The notes: generated by a model from the letters alone, not told the origin. Positions 30,150 to 41,511 are shown, numbered from the stretch's first letter. The stretch is 64,000 bases of DNA from Deltaproteobacteria bacterium (GCA_034670305.1 JAXMNT010000020.1:61993-125992); one strand, 5' to 3'. Numbers and translations are program-made.

Positions 30150-30224
30150 ACTAGACTGACGTGTCAGTTTTTCGGGGGCCCGAGGAACCCGGCGTTTGTA
30201 GCTCAACTAGACTGACGTGTCAGT
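30150..30224. promoter_or_regulatory. duplicated palindromic operator
   Basis: ACTAGACTGACGTGTCAGT identical at 30150-30168 and 30206-30224; core ACTGAC-N2-GTCAGT. Confidence 0.8.
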
Positions 30225-30377
30225 GAACTTGTCGCCGAACCGTGAGAGAGGCCTCACACGACGGCAAAAAACGCAACCATATCGTCACGATATGGCGATT
30301 GGGTGCCCGGGATCAGGCGGCTTTTGGTCCGCCGACCGTGAACGGGCTTCACGATCCACCAGCCTGCGTTCGGGCAT

Positions 30378-30959
30378 CTACGACTGAACGATCCGGTCGC
30401 GCAGCACCGGACCGGTGACCACACCCACCACCAGCCCCACCGACACGCCCTTGAGCAGCTCCAGCGCGAAGACCGCAAACGAGAACGGGCCCCAGATCAG
30501 TTGGGAGAGCAGTGCGCTGACGAGCAAGCCGCTCGACCAAGCGAGTGCGTTCCAAAACATCCACGGCAGCCGATCCAGCTTTGGGTTCGCCTGCGCTTGG
30601 AAGAGCCCGACCAGCGCACCCACCACCACCCCGCCGATCGCAGAGCCGCCGAGCATCAGCCCGAGCGTGGGCGGTGCCGCGGGTTCGAAGAAACTCAGGA
30701 GCCCGCCGCCAAGCCACGCGAGCGACAGCCCGGTGCCGGTCGCGACCACCCACCGTTTCGGCGAACCCACCACGCCCGTGGCCTTGGATTGGAAGCCGCC
30801 AACGATCGCGCCTTCCACGAACCCGAGCACCGGCATCAAGGCGACGAGCGCCCAGCCGCCTTCCGGCGCCAACCGGGAGACGAGCATGCCAAGGACGGCC
30901 AGCACCCCGAGTGCCACCCCTTCCCCCAACACACACGCCAGAATCCAACGCCGGATCAC
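30378..30959 (-). CDS. hypothetical membrane protein
   Basis: about six Gly-rich hydrophobic helices. Confidence 0.7.
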   Translation of the reverse strand: MIRRWILACVLGEGVALGVLAVLGMLVSRLAPEGGWALVALMPVLGFVEGAIVGGFQSKATGVVGSPKRWVVATGTGLSLAWLGGGLLSFFEPAAPPTLGLMLGGSAIGGVVVGALVGLFQAQANPKLDRLPWMFWNALAWSSGLLVSALLSQLIWGPFSFAVFALELLKGVSVGLVVGVVTGPVLRDRIVQS

Positions 30960-31153
30960 CGCGCCGGACTAGCACACCCGCCCACGTCCACTCAGGGGAA
31001 GTTGACCACGTCCACCGGCGCGGTTTGCAGCGTGGCGGGTCCCCAAACCCACCAAGCCAAACGTCGTCGCATCCGGCCAGGATGGGCGAAGCCCCCTCGG
31101 CCCCGGTGTCCGAACCTGAGCACCCGGTGGCACGATCTGAACAGGGCGCCCGC

Positions 31154-32293
31154 TCAGCGGCGCCGAGCGGCCTGACGGGTGGCGCGCACCGTGCGGCGGC
31201 GGAAGTGTCGCAAGGCGCGCCTCGTCGAGGCGTCGGTGGGTGCCGCGAGCAGGGAGAGCACGTAGCTGCGTTCGGCTTCGACCGGATCCGAACGCTCCTG
31301 ACGCTCCGCCTGGGTCCGCAGCGCAACCGCAGCCAGCGCGAGGCTCGCGACTCCGTCGGGCGTCGAGGAGAGCGCGACGCTGTCCGCCGTCGGGACCGCG
31401 AAGGCGACGCCGGTGCTCACACTTCGCGGATGGCCCTCGTGCCCTTGCACGACCTGACCCTCGTGCCGGGGCTGGAAACCCCGCGGCAGCGCGACCCAGC
31501 GGAGCGAGTGGCCGAAGTCCATGCGCGCGTCGCCTGGCTCGGAGACGACGCTGCCGGTCCATCGCAGAAGCGCCTGCCGTCGCTCACCACGGGCCGGAGT
31601 GGCCGGAGAAGCAAAGAGGTCGACTTCGATCGCGTAGGGGAGGTACGCGAGCGGGTGGTCGCCCTCCATGTAGTAGCCCGAGTCGTCGTACTCGGAGCGA
31701 CCGAGGTTCACACGCTCACGCATCACCTCGTGCCAGCGTCCGCGGTGCACGACCTCGACCTTCAGCAGGGCGACGAACTGCTCCATGACGCGGATCGACG
31801 CGCGGAATTGATCGCGGGCCAGCGGATGTGCGGGCGCGAGCCCGGCGGCCTGCCCCGAGTCGGTGCCGAACGGTTCGGGTTCCTCGGTCGCCGTCTCGTA
31901 GCCGTCGGCGGGAGTGCCGCACGACGACCCGACGGTGGGCGTGGCGGAGTGGCGATCGAAGCAGGTGGTCGGGGCGGCTTGCCCGACCTGGTACATCTCG
32001 TCGACCGAGTAGAGTTCGCACCCGAACCGCTGGTAGTGCACGAGCAGCCGCGTGCCGTCGCTCGACCAGCCCACCGGCGCGCGGTCGGACGTCTGCTCGC
32101 AGCACGCGCACGCGTTCGCCTCACTGGCCGAGAGCAAGAGCAGCGCGCCCACAAGCACCGCAACGATCGTGGCCCACCCACTCGTCCCGGGGACGCGCGA
32201 AGCAGCGGGGGTGCGCCAGACTTCGGACTCGTCGGGTTGGGCGGTGCGGCAAGCGGTCCAGAGAAGTTGCGGCGGGTTCATGCGCAGGTGCAT
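31154..32293 (-). CDS. hypothetical exported protein
   Basis: signal-like VAVLVGALLLLSASEANA then CACC; start uncertain. Confidence 0.55.
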   Translation of the reverse strand: MHLRMNPPQLLWTACRTAQPDESEVWRTPAASRVPGTSGWATIVAVLVGALLLLSASEANACACCEQTSDRAPVGWSSDGTRLLVHYQRFGCELYSVDEMYQVGQAAPTTCFDRHSATPTVGSSCGTPADGYETATEEPEPFGTDSGQAAGLAPAHPLARDQFRASIRVMEQFVALLKVEVVHRGRWHEVMRERVNLGRSEYDDSGYYMEGDHPLAYLPYAIEVDLFASPATPARGERRQALLRWTGSVVSEPGDARMDFGHSLRWVALPRGFQPRHEGQVVQGHEGHPRSVSTGVAFAVPTADSVALSSTPDGVASLALAAVALRTQAERQERSDPVEAERSYVLSLLAAPTDASTRRALRHFRRRTVRATRQAARRR

Positions 32294-32484
32294 CGCAACC
32301 ACCGTACCATCGCAAAACCCGCGAAAACCGCCGCGACGGCTCTGGCGCACGTGGCGTCACGGACACGGCGCGCGTGGGCGCGCGACCACAGCAGCTGCGG
32401 TTGTGGGGCCACGACGGCCACGACGGCCAAGCGCTGTTGTGGGATACTCGCCGCGTGGACCTCGACGAATGTCTTGCGTCTGCC

Positions 32485-32522
32485 TCGATATTTCTTGGGG
32501 GCACAGCCCCAAGAAATATCGA
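32485..32522. repeat. REP-like hairpin
   Basis: TCGATATTTCTTGGGGGC-ACA-GCCCCAAGAAATATCGA. Confidence 0.75.
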
Positions 32523-32592
32523 ACGGGCTCTCGCCCACCTCGAGCAGGTCGTCGCGATGCTCGTCGCGCTGATCAAGCGATCTGACCGCTGA
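32520..32592 (+). pseudogene. 3' remnant of a possible four-helix-bundle (IVP/Avd-like) gene
   Basis: reads ERALAHLEQVVAMLVALIKRSDR*, resembling the family's last helix; same sequence recurs at the window end. Confidence 0.4.
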
Positions 32593-32676
32593 TCCGCGGG
32601 CAAGGGCAAAGGCAAGGGCAGGGGCAAGGGGCAAGCTGCGAGAACGCCCTGCGGGCGTTCTTCAGCAACCTGCTAG
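32551..32676 (+). repeat. dispersed repeat, copy A
   Basis: 125/126 nt identical to the reverse complement of 63875-64000. Confidence 0.95.
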
Positions 32677-33374
32677 AGCCGGATGGCGTTGCTGGGCGGG
32701 CGGAAGGCGAAGCGGGCGCTGGGCACGTCGCGGTTGAAGCGCAGGGAGCGGAGCTCCAGCTTGTTGCGGTTGCCGTCGTGGTCGTCGATCCGGATGCGGT
32801 GAATCACGCCGGCCGTGCCCGGGCGGGCGTCGACGTACAGCAGGATCCGCCGCACCTGGGGATCGGAGACGCGGGGAACCAGCTCGAGCACGTGTCCACG
32901 CCAGCGGTAGGTGCGCGCGTTCAGAAGCCGGGTGCGGTAGTCGTCCGCGATGCGGGTGTGTCCGGTGAGAAACGCGAGCCCGCCGACCGTGGCGTTGCCG
33001 CCCACGCTCTGCTTGAGGTACTGGCCGGGCGCTCCGTCTTCGCCCGGTTCGTACGCCGTCAGGTGGCGGCCGTCGCTCACGAAGACCTTGCCGTTCGGTT
33101 GGTCGTAGTCGAAGCGCATGCGGCCCGGCTTGTCGACGACGAGCTGTCCCGCCGATCGCTGATAGCGGTCGTACATGCGGTGGTAGAACGTCTGCGAGAA
33201 GCGCGCTTCGATCGTCTCGGTGCGGTCGTAGAACGCCTGCACCCGGGCCGCCACGGCGTCCGCCGAGAGCGGCTGGGACGCGCTTTGCGCGACGGCATGA
33301 GGCGCCGCCGGAGCGAGCGTGGCGCAGAGCGCGGTGGCCAAAAGAGCGAGCGAGAATCGTCGGGTCTTGGTCAT
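32673..33374 (-). CDS. lolA: outer-membrane lipoprotein carrier LolA family protein
   Basis: signal peptide, ARFSQ, KPGRMRFDY, VSDG, FAFRPP. Confidence 0.85.
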   Translation of the reverse strand: MTKTRRFSLALLATALCATLAPAAPHAVAQSASQPLSADAVAARVQAFYDRTETIEARFSQTFYHRMYDRYQRSAGQLVVDKPGRMRFDYDQPNGKVFVSDGRHLTAYEPGEDGAPGQYLKQSVGGNATVGGLAFLTGHTRIADDYRTRLLNARTYRWRGHVLELVPRVSDPQVRRILLYVDARPGTAGVIHRIRIDDHDGNRNKLELRSLRFNRDVPSARFAFRPPSNAIRL

Positions 33375-33436
33375 GTACACTTCGACAGCAACCACGCGCC
33401 GCTATTCAGACTTTCTCAGCAAGCACTCAACATCAT

Positions 33437-33793
33437 TTAGCTTTTCGCCATCTCCGTGTCGGAAGACGTGGGCCATTTCAGTGCATGGAGCACGGCGCTG
33501 GCGATGAACAGAAGCGACGCGCAGCCGAAGGGCACCATCGCGTTCGCAAAGAGCGCGTAAGTCGCGAAGGCGAAGGTCGGCACCATCACCCACGCGCCAA
33601 TGCGCGTGGTCTTCGGGGGCAGCAAGAGCAGGCCGCCAAGCAGCTGCAGCACGCCGAAGGCGATCGTGGCTCCGTCGCTCATGCCGAGGTTGCGGAAGAG
33701 CGCCATCTCCTCCGGCATCTGGGCGAGCTTCACAGCGCCGGTCGAGATCGACAAGAGCGTCAAGAGCACCCGGTTGACCCAGAGCGCCTTCAC
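33437..33793 (-). CDS. DoxX-like membrane protein
   Basis: [22 protein letters not shown] overlap. Confidence 0.75.
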   Translation of the reverse strand: MKALWVNRVLLTLLSISTGAVKLAQMPEEMALFRNLGMSDGATIAFGVLQLLGGLLLLPPKTTRIGAWVMVPTFAFATYALFANAMVPFGCASLLFIASAVLHALKWPTSSDTEMAKS

Positions 33794-34155
33794 GATGCCG
33801 CCTCCAGGAAGCGGACTTCCAGCCGCACGATGCGTCCGTCCTGCACCGTGCACGTGTCGACGCCCCGCACGGGCGCCGGAAACGCGGGCGAGCGACACGT
33901 CCACTCGCTCCGCACCACCGCACCGTCGACGTCGACCCGGTTGACCTCGAGCGTCAACTCCGGCGGCGTCTGGGTCCAGCCCGCGCGAAAACACGCCTCG
34001 ATGGCGGCACGGCCTTCGTGGGTTCGTTCGGTTCCGGAGAACGGCTCGACGTACACCGCGTCGTCGGCGAAGAGCGCGAGGAGCGCGTCGCCTGCCGCTT
34101 CTCCGACCTGCATGGCGCGGAAGTACCGTTCGACGACATCGGCTGGGTTGTTCAT
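33790..34155 (-). CDS. NTF2/SnoaL-like protein
   Basis: LLALFADDAVYVEP, GRAAI, DGRIVR. Confidence 0.85.
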   Translation of the reverse strand: MNNPADVVERYFRAMQVGEAAGDALLALFADDAVYVEPFSGTERTHEGRAAIEACFRAGWTQTPPELTLEVNRVDVDGAVVRSEWTCRSPAFPAPVRGVDTCTVQDGRIVRLEVRFLEAAS

Positions 34156-34206
34156 GTCCGCGACCCTAGTTGCACTCCGCGGTCGCGCCCATCCATCCTT
34201 CGATGG

Positions 34207-34611
34207 ATGCTCGACGAAGACGCGCTCCGCGCCCTGCGCGAGGCACTGGAAGCGGTGAAGCGCCACCAGGGCCGGAGCGTGCCCCGCGATTCTCTCGCGC
34301 GGCTGCAAGCGGTGCTCCCCGAGGGCATGGGCATGACGGTCGACTTCGACGCCGCCGACACGCTCGGACAGCCACTCGTCGTCCTGCGTCCGATGCAACC
34401 CGCGTCGCCCGATGCAACCTTCGATGGGCTGACGCCCAGAGAACGCGAGGTCGCTGGTCTGGTCGCGGCCGGGCTGCGCAACAAAGACATCGCGCTCGCG
34501 CTGTCGATCTCACTCGGCACGGTGAAGGACCACGTGCACGCGATCTTGCGGAAGTCCGGGTTGGACGGGCGGGCGGCGATCGCGGCGGAGTGGGTGCGGG
34601 CGGAGCGGTGA
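34207..34611 (+). CDS. LuxR-type HTH regulator
   Basis: [22 protein letters not shown]...[12 protein letters not shown]; divergent from the NTF2-DoxX pair. Confidence 0.9.
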   Translation: MLDEDALRALREALEAVKRHQGRSVPRDSLARLQAVLPEGMGMTVDFDAADTLGQPLVVLRPMQPASPDATFDGLTPREREVAGLVAAGLRNKDIALALSISLGTVKDHVHAILRKSGLDGRAAIAAEWVRAER

Positions 34612-34649
34612 GGGGGTCGAGGGGGGGGGGTGGTCGTGTGGCGCGATCC

Positions 34650-34933
<284 letters not shown>

Positions 34934-35743
34934 CTACTGCTCGCCGAAGACGGGATCGAAGAGGGCTTGGAGGGCGGTGGGGGATTCGACGTGGAGCCAG
35001 TGGCCGGCGGGGAGGCGGTGCACGTGGATGGCGTCGTTGCCCTCGGCCAACGCGTCGGCGCGGGCTTGGTCGGCGGGGCTGTAGACCGGGGAGTGGGTGC
35101 CGATGACGAGGTGGGTTTGTTGGGCGCTCGGAACCGCGTCCCAGCGATCGGCTGCGAAGTAGTCGGTGAGGACGGACTCGATCGCGTCGAGATCGATCGG
35201 GTAGCGGACGCCCTCGTCGGTGCGCTCCACGCTCATGGCCAGCCACTGCGCGATCGGGCGGGTGAGGCCGGCGTCCTCGAGCGCAGAAACGAACCGGCCG
35301 CGCGAGGGGTGTGATTTGGGCACCGCACGGAGGGCGGCCAACACGTCCGCGATCGCCTCGGAGCCGCTGCGATCCGGTCGCGCACCCGGCACCGAGTCGA
35401 GCACCCAGAGATGTTCGAGCGGCACGTCATCGGCCGCCCGCAGCGCCGCGTACTCGAGGCCGACCTTGCCGCCAAAGCTGTGTCCGATGACCGAGGTCAC
35501 CGGGTAGGGCAGATCGAGCGCGTTCAAGTCCTCTGCGCAGGCGCGCAAGGTGTGCGGTGGGGCCGCATCGAGGGACTCCCCGTGGAGCCGCAGATCCACG
35601 CAGACCGCGGCCCACTGCGGATGACCGGCGACCAGGGTTCGGGCCATGGAGCGCCAGTTGGCGCCTCGTCCGAGGATGCCGTGGAGGAAGAGCACGGCCT
35701 TCGTGGCACCGGACTCTGCGTTCGTCTCAAAGGACAGCGGCAT
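34934..35743 (-). CDS. alpha/beta hydrolase
   Basis: [26 protein letters not shown]. Confidence 0.9.
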   Translation of the reverse strand: MPLSFETNAESGATKAVLFLHGILGRGANWRSMARTLVAGHPQWAAVCVDLRLHGESLDAAPPHTLRACAEDLNALDLPYPVTSVIGHSFGGKVGLEYAALRAADDVPLEHLWVLDSVPGARPDRSGSEAIADVLAALRAVPKSHPSRGRFVSALEDAGLTRPIAQWLAMSVERTDEGVRYPIDLDAIESVLTDYFAADRWDAVPSAQQTHLVIGTHSPVYSPADQARADALAEGNDAIHVHRLPAGHWLHVESPTALQALFDPVFGEQ

Positions 35744-36119
35744 GGAAGGGGCCCTCGCACGCCGGGGAGACTCGAGCAAGGGAGGGGGTGGGGAGAGGAG
35801 GCTCACCCGGCGGCGAAGACCCGTTCGATCATTGGTACGCCCACCGGTCCCAAGCGTTACCTGCCACCCGATCGGACAGCGCGAGGTCCGAAGCGCACGC
35901 CGCCCACCTGGCACGCAATGCCGCGGGTACGCAAAGAATGCGGCGCCTGGTGGTTCGATCCAACGACGGATCCCGCACATTCGGCCCCGACAATTCGCGA
36001 TCTCCCATGTCGAAGAGAGGTCCGAAAATTGCAGTCCTGCGCTAGAATGATGGGGTGGTGACGCAGACGCGAACCACGTTCAGGATCTTTGGGACGCAGT
36101 TCGCGTCCGCATCGTTGGC

Positions 36120-39100
36120 TTGGGAGGCAAACGCGTGGGTTTCATGAAGTCGGTTCGGTTGGGTTCGCAGAGTTTGACGAACGCTGGGGTGCTCGCCATG
36201 GCGGCCGTGGTGGGGATCGGTTTGCTGCCAGCCGAAGCCTCCGCCCAGACGGCGATCAAGCCGTACTTCATGGTGATCTTCGACGACTCCGGATCGATGG
36301 GGTCGTCGACGGGCAGCGGCAACAACAGCTGCGGTCGGCCCCGCACCCGCATCAACGACGCGAAGTGCGCGCTCCAGTCGGTCGTGAGTGCCTTCGGTGA
36401 CGTCACCTTCGGGCTCACCTCGTTCAAAGAGTACGGCACCGGCACGACGATTCACGTCGGCATCATGGAGGACAACCAGGACGCCATCGTCTCCTGGGTC
36501 GACTTCACCGGTAGCCCAGAACTCGTCGACAGCGGCACGACGCCGATCCGCGACGCACTCGACGACGTGCGCGCCTACTACCAGAGCGCCAGTGGTCCGG
36601 TCCGAGCCAACGGCGGCGACCCCGCCCGCGGCTGCCGCCCCTACTTCGTCATTCTCCTCCACGACGGTGAACCGTGTTGCGACGGTCGAAACAGCCAGGC
36701 CAACACCGTGGCGGCCGCGACCCGTCTCCGCGACACGCCCATCGCCGGGGGCCCCAACGAAGACATCCGGACCCACGTCGTCTTCTTCGGGTCGTCGCCC
36801 TCCGGTCTCGCGACCCAGGCGAACCAGATCGCCGCGGCCGGTGGCACCGGTGCCGCGCAGCCCGCGAGCGACGAAGAGTCCCTCGCCATCGCCTTCGCGA
36901 ACATCATCAGCGACTCGATCCTCACCGAGACCTGCAACGGCGACGACGACGACTGCGACACCCTCGTCGACGAAGGCTTCCAGAAGTACTGCGACATCGA
37001 CGGCGTGTTCGGCGCGCCGACTTCGGATCCCCGCGCCTACTGCAGCGACCCCGGCGACGACTGCGACACGAGCGACGACAACTGCTTCGCCGGTCTCACC
37101 GACCAGCCGGTCAACGCGTGCGGCGTGTGTGGCCCGGTGCCGACTGAAGTCTGCGACCGCGTCGACAACAACTGCAACGGGCTCATCGACGAAGGCGACG
37201 TGTGCATGGGCTGTATGCCCACCGGCGCAGAGACCTGCGACGACCGCGACAACGACTGCGACGGCACTGTCGACGAAGGGCTCATGCGCGGCTGCGGCAG
37301 CAGCATCGGCGCATGTATGGCGGGGACCGAGACTTGTATGGCGGGTGTGTGGACCGGATGCACGGCGACCACCGGTGGACCCGAGACCTGCAACAACATC
37401 GACGACGACTGCGACGGGCGCATCGACGGCATGAGCCGTTCGTGCGGCACCGACGAAGGCGCCTGCCGCGCGGGCGTCCAGGTCTGCACCTCGGGGTCGT
37501 TCGGCTCGTGCATCGGACGGGTGGGCCCGAGCCGCGACATCTGCGACGGCGACGACAACGACTGCGACGGCCGCATCGACGAAGACGACCCGGACGTCGG
37601 CGACAGCTGCGGCGACGGCACCGGCGAGTGTTCGCCGGGCACGATCATCTGCAGCGCGGGTGCGCTCGTGTGCGATGGCGCCATCGGCCCGACCGCCGAG
37701 ATCTGCAACCTGCTCGACGACGACTGCGACGGAGTGGTCGACGACGGCCTCGGGGTCGGGGCTCCGTGCGGAAGTGACGTCGGTGTCTGTCAGCCGGGCG
37801 TGAATGTCTGCCGAGACGGCGCGACGATCTGCGAGGGCGAAGTCGGCCCGATGGCCGAGAACTGCAACTCCATCGACGACGACTGCGACGGGACGATCGA
37901 CGAAGGTCTCGGCATCGGAAGCGCTTGCGGCGCGGACGAAGGCCTGTGCATGGAGGGCGTGCTCCAGTGCGTCGAAGGGCGCGAGACCTGCGTCGGCGAA
38001 GTGCCGCCCGGCATCGAGTCGTGCGACTGCGAGGACAACGACTGCGACGGCGCCATCGACGAAGAAGCAGACGGCGCGCTGTGTCCCGGCGACTCGGCGT
38101 GTGTCAGCTGCCAGTGCGCCCTGCCCTGCGGCATGTCCGAGTTCGGCTTCATCTGCCCGACTGGACGCGCGGCCGAAGTCCAAGACGACGGCATGTGCTT
38201 CTGCGTACGCGAGGCCTGCAACAACGAGCTGTGCGCCGGCGAGACGATCGAACGCGACGACACCGTGCGCTGCGGACCGGGTACGGACGTTCCGAACTGC
38301 TCGTGTCGCGGCAACGCCTGCACCTTCCCGTGCGAAGGCGTGACCTGCACCGAAGGCACCGTCTGTGAGGCCTTCACCGGGACGTGCGTCGAAGACAGCT
38401 GCCGCGGCCTGGGATGCCCGGCGGGCGAACTCTGCGACGTGCTCACCGGCGCATGCGAAGCCGACCCCTGCGCCGACACGATGTGCGCCGCAGGTCAGGC
38501 GTGTCGCGCCGGCACCTGCATCGGCAGCTGCGCGGGTGTGATGTGTGGCTCCGGTGAACGCTGTCGCGCCGGCGCGTGCGAGGCGGACCAGTGTTCGGAC
38601 GTCAGCTGCGCCCGCGGCGAGGTCTGCGACCCGGCCTCCGGCGACTGCGTCGACGACATGTGCGACACGGTGCGCTGCCCGAACGGAACCGTCTGCGAAG
38701 GCGCGACCGGCGAGTGCGTGCCCGACCCGTGCGTGGGCCTGACCTGTCCGGACATGCAGATCTGCATCGATGGCGACTGCTTCGACGAGGACGAGGGTGT
38801 GGACGCCGGTCCCGGTGTCGACGCGGGGCCGGGCGACCCGGCGCAGCGTGTGCTCGCGGGCGGCGGTGGTGGCTGCGCTTGTGAGGTCGGCGAACGTCCG
38901 GCAGACGAACTTCCGGCGGGCCTGCTGGGTCTGCTGGGCCTTCTCCTCTTCGCCCGCCCGCGGCGTTCTGCCAGCGGCCGGAGGCCAAGAAAAAAAGCGC
39001 CGCGCTCTGAGGCTGCAACCGCAGCGCTCGGGGCGGGTTCGGCCCTGCGACATGTCGCTGCGCTCCTTCTGAGCGTTGCGCCCGCCGCCGGGATCGCAAC

Positions 39101-41183
39101 CGCCGCGTCTCTCAGCACCGGCTGCGACGTCGAGCCGTTCTGCCTGAACTGCGAAGACGCGATGGTCGACGCCGGTCCCACGGTGGACACTGGGCCGCGT
39201 CCGGACGTGCCCTTCCCCGACACCGGCTCGATCGACGTTGGGCCCGACACCAACGAGGACGCCGGCTGCGCCGAAGGCCGCGCCGAGCTCTGCAACGACT
39301 TCGACGACGACTGCGATGGCACGGTCGACGAAGGCATCGACACGAACACGGACACCGAGAACTGCGGCGGCTGCGGCGAGCTCTGTGCGCCGCCCGGCGC
39401 GTTCGCCCAGTGCGTTGACGGCGTGTGCGGCATCGACCGCTGCGACGTCGGTTTCTTCGACAGCAACGGCGACCCGTCGGACGGATGCGAGTACGCCTGT
39501 CTCCCGAGCGGCGTCGACGATTCGGTCTGCGACTTCCGCGACAACGACTGCGACGGAGAGATCGACGAAGACTTCGACTTCACGACCGACCCGGCCAACT
39601 GCGGCAGCTGCGGCCGCACCTGCTCGTTCGCCCACGGCGCGGCCACCTGTGCCGACTCCGCCTGCGTGCTCGGCGACTGCGAAGCCGGCTACTACAACCT
39701 CGACGGCGTCGATGCGAACGGATGCGAGTACGCCTGCACCGTCGCGGACCCGGCGGTCGAGACCTGCAACCGGCGCGACGACGACTGCGACGGCACGGTG
39801 GACGAAGGCAACCCTGGGGGCGGCGGAAGCTGCGGCATCGGCACCGGCGCATGCACCACCGGCACCGAGATGTGTTCGGCCGGCCGCATCGTCTGCAACG
39901 GCGCCGTCGAACCGGCGACCGAGGTCTGCAACATGTCGGACGACGACTGCGACGGAAGCACCGACGAAGGTTTCTTGAGCAACGACATCAACAACTGCGG
40001 CATGTGCGGCAACCGGTGCATGTTCGAGAACGCCTTCGCCCAGTGCAACGCGGGCTCCTGCGAGTTGGTCGTCTGCGAAGACGGCTTCTGGGACGCGAAC
40101 ATGGACCCGTCGGACGGCTGCGAATACGCCTGTGAGTTCAGCGGCGCCGAAGCCTGCAACGGCAGCGACGACGACTGCGACAACGTGGTCGACGAAGACC
40201 TCTCGCCGCCCAGCAACTTCTGCAACCCGAACGGCGTCTGCGCTTCCGCGACGGTCCGCTGCGACCCTGGGATGGCCCGGTTCGTCTGCGACTACCCCGC
40301 GACCTACGAAGAGACCGAGACCCTCTGCGACGGACTCGACAACGACTGCAACGGGCTCGCCGACGATCCCTTCCTGAGCATGGGCCTCGGCACGAGCTGC
40401 AGCAACGGCGTCGGCGCGTGTCAGCGCTTCGGCTCCGTGGCCTGCACCCTCGACCGGCGCGGCGTCGCCTGCAACGCGCCCCTCGCCGGATCTCCGGGCA
40501 CCGAGATCTGCGACGGCATCGACAACGACTGCGACGGAGTCCGAGACGAACCCCAAGGCGCGCCCGGAACCAACCCGAGCTACGTCGTCGAGCCCATGGT
40601 CCAAGTGACCCAGGGCGGCGCGAACTTCTACATCTACCAATACGAAGCTTCGCGCCCGGACGCGACCTCCAGCAACGCCGGCGCTTCGTCTGCCCGCAGC
40701 TGTTCCCGCGCGGGCGTGTTGCCCTGGACCCAGCTCAGCCACACGGAAGCGAGCGACGCCTGCGCCGCCGCAGGCATGCGCCTGTGCACCGAGTCCGAGT
40801 GGGAGCGCGCCTGCGAGAGCTCGAGCGGAAGCTGCCAGTGGGCCTACAGCGCGAGCTGCGGCACCTACCAGGCCAACACCTGCAACGGAAACGACTACGA
40901 CCCGATCCCCGGCGCCCCCGACGACGACCAAGTCCTCGCCACCGGCGCACTGGCCGCCTGCTACGCCTCCCACGGCGGCGGCGCATCCAACCGTATCTTC
41001 GACCTGAGCGGCAACGTGAAGGAATGGACCGAGGCCCGGAGCGCCGGCGTCAACCCGCTCCGCGGCGGCAGCTACAACAACAGCCGCCTCGGCCTCCGCT
41101 GCGACTTCGACTTCACCGTCGCCGACGACGACTTCCAAATCGCCAACGTCGGCTTCCGCTGCTGCTCGACCACCGCGCCGTAA
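36120..41183 (+). CDS. large Cys-rich surface protein: VWA-like domain, CDGxDNDCDG repeats, internal MYXO-CTERM-like segment, second repeat block, FGE-sulfatase-like domain
   Basis: signal peptide; FDDSGSM (MIDAS-like); many CxxxDxDCDG repeats; [20 protein letters not shown]; start may be 36144 or 36198. Confidence 0.9.
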   Translation: MGGKRVGFMKSVRLGSQSLTNAGVLAMAAVVGIGLLPAEASAQTAIKPYFMVIFDDSGSMGSSTGSGNNSCGRPRTRINDAKCALQSVVSAFGDVTFGLTSFKEYGTGTTIHVGIMEDNQDAIVSWVDFTGSPELVDSGTTPIRDALDDVRAYYQSASGPVRANGGDPARGCRPYFVILLHDGEPCCDGRNSQANTVAAATRLRDTPIAGGPNEDIRTHVVFFGSSPSGLATQANQIAAAGGTGAAQPASDEESLAIAFANIISDSILTETCNGDDDDCDTLVDEGFQKYCDIDGVFGAPTSDPRAYCSDPGDDCDTSDDNCFAGLTDQPVNACGVCGPVPTEVCDRVDNNCNGLIDEGDVCMGCMPTGAETCDDRDNDCDGTVDEGLMRGCGSSIGACMAGTETCMAGVWTGCTATTGGPETCNNIDDDCDGRIDGMSRSCGTDEGACRAGVQVCTSGSFGSCIGRVGPSRDICDGDDNDCDGRIDEDDPDVGDSCGDGTGECSPGTIICSAGALVCDGAIGPTAEICNLLDDDCDGVVDDGLGVGAPCGSDVGVCQPGVNVCRDGATICEGEVGPMAENCNSIDDDCDGTIDEGLGIGSACGADEGLCMEGVLQCVEGRETCVGEVPPGIESCDCEDNDCDGAIDEEADGALCPGDSACVSCQCALPCGMSEFGFICPTGRAAEVQDDGMCFCVREACNNELCAGETIERDDTVRCGPGTDVPNCSCRGNACTFPCEGVTCTEGTVCEAFTGTCVEDSCRGLGCPAGELCDVLTGACEADPCADTMCAAGQACRAGTCIGSCAGVMCGSGERCRAGACEADQCSDVSCARGEVCDPASGDCVDDMCDTVRCPNGTVCEGATGECVPDPCVGLTCPDMQICIDGDCFDEDEGVDAGPGVDAGPGDPAQRVLAGGGGGCACEVGERPADELPAGLLGLLGLLLFARPRRSASGRRPRKKAPRSEAATAALGAGSALRHVAALLLSVAPAAGIATAASLSTGCDVEPFCLNCEDAMVDAGPTVDTGPRPDVPFPDTGSIDVGPDTNEDAGCAEGRAELCNDFDDDCDGTVDEGIDTNTDTENCGGCGELCAPPGAFAQCVDGVCGIDRCDVGFFDSNGDPSDGCEYACLPSGVDDSVCDFRDNDCDGEIDEDFDFTTDPANCGSCGRTCSFAHGAATCADSACVLGDCEAGYYNLDGVDANGCEYACTVADPAVETCNRRDDDCDGTVDEGNPGGGGSCGIGTGACTTGTEMCSAGRIVCNGAVEPATEVCNMSDDDCDGSTDEGFLSNDINNCGMCGNRCMFENAFAQCNAGSCELVVCEDGFWDANMDPSDGCEYACEFSGAEACNGSDDDCDNVVDEDLSPPSNFCNPNGVCASATVRCDPGMARFVCDYPATYEETETLCDGLDNDCNGLADDPFLSMGLGTSCSNGVGACQRFGSVACTLDRRGVACNAPLAGSPGTEICDGIDNDCDGVRDEPQGAPGTNPSYVVEPMVQVTQGGANFYIYQYEASRPDATSSNAGASSARSCSRAGVLPWTQLSHTEASDACAAAGMRLCTESEWERACESSSGSCQWAYSASCGTYQANTCNGNDYDPIPGAPDDDQVLATGALAACYASHGGGASNRIFDLSGNVKEWTEARSAGVNPLRGGSYNNSRLGLRCDFDFTVADDDFQIANVGFRCCSTTAP

Positions 41184-41204
41184 CCGGCTGAGTTCCAGAG
41201 ACCG

Positions 41205-41239
41205 CGAAGAGAGCTGGGCCCACGCCCGGCTCTTCTTCG
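41205..41239 (+). terminator. candidate intrinsic terminator
   Basis: CGAAGAGAGCTGGGC-CCAC-GCCCGGCTCTTCTTCG shortly after the stop; weak U-tract. Confidence 0.45.
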
Positions 41240-41261
41240 TTGTGGGCGGCCGGTGGCATCG

Positions 41262-41511
41262 CGTCGGCATCGGCTCCGGCGTCGGCCTCGGATTCGGCGT
41301 CGGGTTCGGCTTCGGCGTCGGCTTCGGCTTCGGCGTCGGCTTCGGCTTCGGCTTCGGCTTCGGCTTCGGCTTCGGCATCGGCATCGGCTTCGGATTCGGC
41401 ATCGGCGTCGGCGTCGGCTTCGGCTTCGGCTTCGGCTTCGGCTTCGGATTCGGCGTCGGCCAGATCATGAAGGGGCAAGGGCAGGGGCAAGGGCAGGGGC
41501 AAGGGCTGGGG
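41262..41511. repeat. TCGGNN hexamer array followed by a GGGCAA/GGGGCA array
   Basis: directly visible upstream of gltA. Confidence 0.9.

Noticed and set aside
32551-32676. Autonomous IS element
   Set aside because: IS-like end only; no transposase in the window
40590-41183. Diversity-generating retroelement (FGE-sulfatase/CLec-fold ends here and at 48532-49647, plus an Avd-like remnant)
   Set aside because: No reverse transcriptase and no adenine-variant template copy of either 3' end seen in the window
36042-41468. 1808-aa minus-strand ORF
   Set aside because: Antisense shadow of the Cys-rich surface protein
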